Part shown: in pieces, positions 51,699 to 59,390 of the stretch
Numbering within the stretch: the stretch's first letter is position 1
Layout of the letters: each line of letters starts with the position of its first letter
NCBI GenBank assembly: GCA_964623465.1
Contig: CAZURZ010000002.1
Location: 1-59,390 of the forward strand
Source of the DNA: an uncultured Elusimicrobia bacterium
GTDB taxonomy: Bacteria; Elusimicrobiota; Elusimicrobia; UBA1565; UBA9628
DNA length: 59,390 nt
Direction: 5' to 3'
Position numbers and translations under genes: made by a program
Notes under the pieces: generated by a model
Seen by the model: the letters and a program-made list of their open reading frames with translations, nothing else
Told to the model about the DNA's origin: nothing
The model's database searches: none

Positions 51699-52033
51699 GG
51701 CTTGGCGAGCTTTCCGCTGACCATGGTGCAGACCTGCGTGTAGGCGCCGAGCACGTAGGCGTTGACCTTGACGTCCGCGCGCACGTCGTAGAGGATGCCG
51801 TCCTTGTCCTTGACCGCGTCGCGCACCGCCGCCGCGTAGGAACCGTCGCCCCACGCGAACAGGAAGATGGCCGAACGGTTGCATGCGCGGCCGGTGACGG
51901 TCGGGTCGTCCGGGGAGGACTTCACCTCCGCCGGCGTCGCGGTGCGGTAGCCGCGAGGGACCTTGATATCCGTATAAAGGAGTCCGCACGCGGATGGAAC
52001 GAGAGCCAGGACGAGAAGGAAGAGGTAGCGCAT
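51695..52033 (-). CDS. TRL-like family lipoprotein
   Basis: Lipobox LALVPSAC, followed by GLLYTDIKVP ... GRAC...IFLFAWGDGS...A........ILYDVRADVK....LG.YT..CT.V.GK. Confidence 0.7.
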   Translation of the reverse strand: MRYLFLLVLALVPSACGLLYTDIKVPRGYRTATPAEVKSSPDDPTVTGRACNRSAIFLFAWGDGSYAAAVRDAVKDKDGILYDVRADVKVNAYVLGAYTQVCTMVSGKLAKP

Positions 52034-52050
52034 ACGGGGAGGATAGCAAA

Positions 52051-52932
52051 ATGGTAGAATCTCCGTCGGAGATCCCCATGACCACCGCGGCCCCCGTCGC
52101 TCCCGCTCATCTCGCCCCGATCAAGATCGGCTCCCCGGAGCACAAGGACCTGCTCTGCTCCTTCTTCGTCGACAGCCACGATCCCTACAAGCCCTCCGAG
52201 CTGAAGTGGCCGCCGCTCGAGGACGTCGCCGCCGAGCGCCTGCGCGCCCTGCCGATCTGGGAGGAGGCCGTGCGCACCGAGGCCGAGACCGCGCTCGCGG
52301 TGCTCTCCATGGGCGCCGCCGAGAAGGACCCCGTCCTCTCGCACGCGATCACGCTGCAGGGCCAGGAGGAGCAGCGCCACGCCGACATCCTCAAGCTCCT
52401 GACCGAGAAGTACGGCATTCCGGTGCCCAAGTTCTCCCCGGACGCGCCCAAGGACCCGAACTGGGCGTTCATGCGCATCGGCTACGGCGAGTGCTTCGAC
52501 TCGTTCTTCGCCTTCGGCCTGTTCGCCCTCGCGCGCGACTCGGGCTTCTTCCCCCCGAACCTCGTCGAGCTCTTCGAGCCGATCATGCAGGAGGAAGGGC
52601 GCCACATCATCTTCCACGTGAACTGGGTCGCCTACAACCAGGCCAAGCTCCCCTACGCCGGCCGCCCGCGCTACGTGTTCAAGCGCGGCCTGGCCATGTG
52701 GCTGCAGGCGCTCTCGCGCCTGAAGACCGCGCTCCGCATCAAGGGCACCGCCGAGCAGGACAACTTCACGATGAACGCGCACGCGCAGTTCGGAGACATC
52801 TCGCCGCGCCAGTTCGTCGAGCTGTGCCTGCGGGAGAACGAGCGCCGCCTGGCCCCGTACGATCCGCGGCTGCTGCGCCCTCAGCTGGTGCCGTCCATCG
52901 CCCGCGCGATCCTGCCGACGCTCCCGAAGTGA
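52051..52932 (+). CDS. ferritin-like di-iron carboxylate protein (oxygenase/desaturase-like)
   Basis: GGGGAGGA Shine-Dalgarno sequence. There are two E...ExxH half-sites: WEEAVRTEAE ... QEEQRHADIL and YGECFDS ... MQEEGRHIIFHVNW. An alternative ATG lies at 52078. Confidence 0.65.
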   Translation: MVESPSEIPMTTAAPVAPAHLAPIKIGSPEHKDLLCSFFVDSHDPYKPSELKWPPLEDVAAERLRALPIWEEAVRTEAETALAVLSMGAAEKDPVLSHAITLQGQEEQRHADILKLLTEKYGIPVPKFSPDAPKDPNWAFMRIGYGECFDSFFAFGLFALARDSGFFPPNLVELFEPIMQEEGRHIIFHVNWVAYNQAKLPYAGRPRYVFKRGLAMWLQALSRLKTALRIKGTAEQDNFTMNAHAQFGDISPRQFVELCLRENERRLAPYDPRLLRPQLVPSIARAILPTLPK

Positions 52933-53843
52933 ATCCCGTCCTCGCCCTGCTGCTGCGGATTCCGCTTCACGGGCTCGGACTGCTGGCCGCCCTGACGCCG
53001 CGCTCCCTTGAAATGAGCCTCGGGAAGTGGGGCGGCCGCCTGGCCATGGTCTTCGACCGCAAGCGCCGGCGCATCGCCGAAGACAACATCGCCCGCTGCC
53101 TGCCGGAGCTCTCCGCGCAAGAGCGCGCGCGGCTCCTGCGCGAGAACTTCGAGCACTACGGGCGCATGGTGCTCGAATTGTCCCACATGTTCGCGCCGAT
53201 TCCCGGGCACTTCAAGCGCTACGTGCTCAAGAACGTGCGCGTCGAGGGGCTCGAGGAGTGGCGCGCGGTCCACGCCCGCGGCAAGGGCTCGCTGTACGTC
53301 TCCTCGCACATCGCGAACTGGGAGTTCGCCGCGGCGATCGGCTCGCTCCACGGCATGGTCGTCATGATCGTCACGCGCCACCTCAAGCCCAAGTGGCTCG
53401 ACGAATGGATGGCCGCCGTGCGCGAGTCCGTCGGGGTTTCCGCGGCTTACCAGCCTCGCACGGTGCCCTCGGTGATGAAGCATCTGCGCGCGGGGCACGG
53501 CGTGGTCTTCGTGATGGACCAGTATATGCCCCCGCCCATGGGCGAGCCGATGCGCCTGTTCGGAGTCAACGCGCACACCCTGGCCGCGATCGCGCCGCTG
53601 GCCCGGCGCACCGAGGCGGGCGTCCTCCCCGTCCGCGCGCGCCGCGGAGAGGACGGGATCGTGACCGTCACCATCGAGCCCGAAATGAAGCTCTCCGACG
53701 ACGACAAGGCCGACAACCAGCGCTTCGCCCACAAGATCGAGGATTGGATGCGGGAGAACCCCGCCCAGTCCCTGTGGGGGCACCGGCGCTTCAAGGACGT
53801 GGACTGGTCGGACCGCGTACCCCGTAGGGCCCAAGCCGCCTAG
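52929..53843 (+). CDS. lipid A biosynthesis (LpxL/HtrB-type) lysophospholipid acyltransferase family protein
   Basis: The GTG start overlaps the previous stop (GTGA at 52929-52932). An N-terminal TM helix, the catalytic HIANWE (Hx4E/D) motif and a MDQ motif are present. Confidence 0.8.
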   Translation: MNPVLALLLRIPLHGLGLLAALTPRSLEMSLGKWGGRLAMVFDRKRRRIAEDNIARCLPELSAQERARLLRENFEHYGRMVLELSHMFAPIPGHFKRYVLKNVRVEGLEEWRAVHARGKGSLYVSSHIANWEFAAAIGSLHGMVVMIVTRHLKPKWLDEWMAAVRESVGVSAAYQPRTVPSVMKHLRAGHGVVFVMDQYMPPPMGEPMRLFGVNAHTLAAIAPLARRTEAGVLPVRARRGEDGIVTVTIEPEMKLSDDDKADNQRFAHKIEDWMRENPAQSLWGHRRFKDVDWSDRVPRRAQAA

Positions 53844-53938
53844 GCCCTCGGCCCACATCCTTTAATAGGGCCATTTCCCGCCCGTCCGGGCCCTCTCGGC
53901 CCCCCCGCTCCCGCTCCGGCACGGCTACACTCCTGGTC

Positions 53939-56767
53939 ATGAAGACCATGAACCGCCGGCCCAAGACCACCCTCGCCCGCGTCCTGCTCGCCGCCTTCCT
54001 CGTCACGCTTCCGGGAAGCCGCGAGGCCTTCGCGCAGGTGGCCGGCAGAAGCGGTCCCGCGGTTTCCGCAACCGGTCCGGTCGGCATCACCGGCGTCATC
54101 GGCGGCGTCTCCGCCGCCCCGGGCCTGTCCGCGCCGCTCTCTCCCGCGGCCCTCTCGCTCTCTCCGCTCGGCGCGCCCAGCCTCGCGGCCCCGGTGCCGA
54201 ACGCCGCGGCGGCGGCCGCGATTCCCGCCGCGATCCCGGCCGCGCTGAAGTCGTCCGCGCGCCCCGCCGCGATCCTGCCCGACGCTCGGGCCGGAGCGAA
54301 AGCCGCCCTGACCGGCGCGGCCGGCCGCGTCGCCCGCATCGGAGACCGCACGTCCGCCGACGACGCCCGGGGCCTGGCCGCCTCCGCCTTCGACGGCATC
54401 AGCCGCGCCGGCGCGGCCGGCGACGTTCCCTCGGCCCTCACCCCCGCCCGCGGCGCCGCCGCCGGCGGCGACGGCTCGAACGGCGGCGGTCCGCTCGTGC
54501 CGAGCCGGCCGGCGATCGCCCCGGTCATCGCGCTCACGAAGGTCTTCTTCCCCGGCGTCAACGACCGGCGCTTCGGCTTCACGGGAGAGAAGACGCTCGC
54601 GCTCGTGAAGCTCGCGCTGCGCAACGGCGGCTGGATGATCGCCACCACGGCCGGCTCGAACGAGAAGGGCCAGAGCGACGCGGCCGTTCTGACCAGGATC
54701 TCCCACCTCGACGAGTCCAATCCCGCGCAGATGTCGGTGATGATGTCGGTCGTCGACACGGTTCAGATCATCGGCTACGGGGCCAAGGACGAGGTGCCGG
54801 TCGCCAAGGTCGTCTACCCCAAGCAGGCCAGCGACGCCAAGCGGCTCGAGGATCTCGGCTCCCTCGCCCAGCACACGCTCGAGGAGCTCGCCCGTCTCGA
54901 CCCCGCGCTCGACAAAGACGTCGTGAAGCACGCGCTGATGGAGAAGAGCTCCGAGCGCCTGGCCAACCTGCTCGCGCAGGAACTCCCGTTCCCCGACGCC
55001 GTCAAGCAGCGTCTGCTCGCCGAACCGTCGACCGAGGCCCTGATGCAGGCCGTGATCCTCGAGATGACGGCCCACTTCAAGGGCGCCTCCGACGCGGCCA
55101 AGCCCAAGGCCAAGGGCGACGGCGAGAAGGGCGGCGCCGGCAACGGCGCGCCCGTCGCCGAGGCGCTCAAGACCGTCGAGGCGCTCAAGACGAAGATGAA
55201 GATCATCGGCATGCCCGACGCCATCCAGGAGACCGTCCTCTCCGAGTACCGCAAGTACTCCGAGATGAATCCCAAGGACTCCGAGGCGCAGAAGCTGCGC
55301 CAGTACATGGAGTGGCTGCTCGAGATGCCGTGGAGCCGCCGCACCGAGGACAACCTCGACATCCCGGCGGCCCGCAAGATCCTCGACGCCGACCACTTCG
55401 GCCTGGAGCGCGTGAAGGAGCGCGTGCTCGAATTCCTCGCCCTGCGCAAGAAGACCGGCTCGAAGAAGGGCGCGATCATCGCCTTCACCGGGCCTCCCGG
55501 CGTCGGCAAGACCTCGATCGCCTCGGCGATCGCGCAGGCGCTGGGCCGCAAGTTCGTGCGCCTCTCGCTCGGCGGCGTGCACGACGAGTCCGTCCTGCGC
55601 GGCCACGGCCGCACCTACGTCGGCTCGATGCCCGGCGAAATCATGCGCCAGATGAAGAACGCCGGCACGGTCAACCCCGTCATGCTCATGGACGAGGCCG
55701 ACAAGATCGGCCGCAACGGCAACCACGGCGACCCGACGGCCGCCCTGCTCGAGATCCTGGATCCGGCGCAGAACAACACCTACCGCGACCGCTACCTGGA
55801 CGTTCCTTACGATCTGTCCGAGGTGCTGTTCGTCGTGACCTCCAACGAGCTCATGAACATCCCCGAGCCGCTGCGCGACCGCATGGAGATCATCGAGTTC
55901 GACGGCTACACGACGCTCGAGAAGATCGAGATCGCCAACCGCCACATCATCCCCCAGAAGCTCAAGGTCACCGGCCTGAAGCCCGAGGAGGCCTCGCTCA
56001 CGAAGGCCGCGATCATGCGCGTCATCGAGGGCTACACGATGGAGGCGGGCGTGCGCAAGCTGCGCGAGCAGATCGAGTCGCTGCTGCGCAAGATCTCGGC
56101 CTGGACCGAGACCCGCGGCCTGCAGGCGCCCGGCAAGGTCGACGCGAAGGATGTGGAAAAGTACCTCGGCGTCGAGCGCTTCTCCCCCCGCGAGACGGCC
56201 CAGAACGGGATCGGCGTGGCCACGGGCCTCGCGGTCAACACCTACGGCGGCAGCACGCTGAACGTCGAGGTTTCCAAAGAGCCCGGCACCGGCCAGCTGA
56301 AGCTGCGCAAGCAGTTCGGCGACGACATCGAGGACTCGGCCAAGAACGCCTTGAAGTACGTGAAGCAGAACAAGGAGAAGTTCGGCCTGAAGGACTTCGA
56401 CTTCACGAAGTACGACATCGACATCAACATCACCCCGGCGGGCAAGGTCGACGGCCCCTCCGCCGGCGGCCTGATGGTGACCGCCATCATCTCCGCGCTG
56501 ACCGGCCGCTCGGTCACGCCCGGCCTGGCGATGACGGGCGAGATCACGATGCGCGGCGACGTGCTGCCCATCGGCGGCCTCAAGCAGAAGGTCATGGCCG
56601 CCCACCGCATGGGCTACAAGATGGTGATCTTCCCCCACGCGAACCTCAAGGACGTCGAGGACATCCCCCAGGAGGTCCGCGACGGCATCAAGCTCAAGGC
56701 CGTGAAGACGTACGACGAGATCTACCCCGACGCGGTCGTCCCCGCCGAGGACGCTCCGAAGAGCTGA
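53939..56767 (+). CDS. lon: Lon-family ATP-dependent protease with atypical ~190-aa N-terminal leader
   Basis: LON N-domain ([12 protein letters not shown]...), Walker [10 protein letters not shown], Walker [10 protein letters not shown], and proteolytic DGPSAGG / KQKVMAAHR. The leader reads [31 protein letters not shown], then a Pro/Ala/Ser-rich spacer, then SAFDGI. Confidence 0.9.
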   Translation: MKTMNRRPKTTLARVLLAAFLVTLPGSREAFAQVAGRSGPAVSATGPVGITGVIGGVSAAPGLSAPLSPAALSLSPLGAPSLAAPVPNAAAAAAIPAAIPAALKSSARPAAILPDARAGAKAALTGAAGRVARIGDRTSADDARGLAASAFDGISRAGAAGDVPSALTPARGAAAGGDGSNGGGPLVPSRPAIAPVIALTKVFFPGVNDRRFGFTGEKTLALVKLALRNGGWMIATTAGSNEKGQSDAAVLTRISHLDESNPAQMSVMMSVVDTVQIIGYGAKDEVPVAKVVYPKQASDAKRLEDLGSLAQHTLEELARLDPALDKDVVKHALMEKSSERLANLLAQELPFPDAVKQRLLAEPSTEALMQAVILEMTAHFKGASDAAKPKAKGDGEKGGAGNGAPVAEALKTVEALKTKMKIIGMPDAIQETVLSEYRKYSEMNPKDSEAQKLRQYMEWLLEMPWSRRTEDNLDIPAARKILDADHFGLERVKERVLEFLALRKKTGSKKGAIIAFTGPPGVGKTSIASAIAQALGRKFVRLSLGGVHDESVLRGHGRTYVGSMPGEIMRQMKNAGTVNPVMLMDEADKIGRNGNHGDPTAALLEILDPAQNNTYRDRYLDVPYDLSEVLFVVTSNELMNIPEPLRDRMEIIEFDGYTTLEKIEIANRHIIPQKLKVTGLKPEEASLTKAAIMRVIEGYTMEAGVRKLREQIESLLRKISAWTETRGLQAPGKVDAKDVEKYLGVERFSPRETAQNGIGVATGLAVNTYGGSTLNVEVSKEPGTGQLKLRKQFGDDIEDSAKNALKYVKQNKEKFGLKDFDFTKYDIDINITPAGKVDGPSAGGLMVTAIISALTGRSVTPGLAMTGEITMRGDVLPIGGLKQKVMAAHRMGYKMVIFPHANLKDVEDIPQEVRDGIKLKAVKTYDEIYPDAVVPAEDAPKS

Positions 56768-56777
56768 GCGCAAACGC

Positions 56778-59390
<2,613 letters not shown>

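Noticed and set aside
47947-51743. Long ORFs 47947..50388 (-) and 48579..51743 (+) overlapping the PorV-like and PBP genes
   Set aside because: Their composition is Arg/Pro/Gly-biased with no motifs. The alternative frames give a signal-peptide OMP and a PBP with all GT51 and transpeptidase motifs.

Overview
This is a 59.4-kb, very GC-rich chromosomal segment from a diderm (Gram-negative-type) bacterium. All calls come from reading the sequence and the ORF track and from motif recognition; no searches were run. I support about 58 protein-coding genes, one tRNA-Cys(GCA), two bidirectional intrinsic terminators, a few promoter/operator-like sites and one gene remnant. I found no rRNA, CRISPR array, transposase or integrase. 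Because of the GC content, every real gene is shadowed by long antisense or out-of-frame ORFs, which I rejected. Recognisable content falls into four groups. (1) Housekeeping and redox: type III glutamine synthetase, Mrp/ApbC, peroxiredoxin, two HesB/IscA proteins, an SDR, a fatty-acid desaturase and a chlorite-dismutase-family protein. (2) Envelope: a class A PBP, Lgt, an LpxL-type acyltransferase, a PorV/PorQ-like outer-membrane protein, TRL lipoproteins and a PLD-family protein. (3) Proteases: M48, a tandem-module M16, a trypsin-like protease and two Lon paralogs. (4) An ECF sigma/anti-sigma pair placed divergently from an arsM / radical SAM / GT2 cluster. The most unusual observations are as follows. 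(a) A shared N-terminal leader (hydrophobic helix, Pro/Ala/Ser/Leu-rich spacer, FDG motif) occurs on both Lon paralogs, the M16 peptidase and a 1403-aa triple-repeat polytopic membrane protein. These genes also share promoter-proximal motifs and apparently leaderless starts. (b) One operon encodes an outer-membrane barrel, a six-Cys bufferin-like secreted peptide and a DUF1223 CxxC protein, with no MNIO maturase nearby. It lies divergent from a mini-lipoprotein plus radical SAM pair. (c) A GIY-YIG domain is fused in frame to the signal peptide of a BNR/FlgD-Ig exported protein, which is translationally coupled to a PorV-like gene. (d) The 5' end and promoter of a response-regulator gene are partially duplicated. 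Functional interpretations of these are inference.
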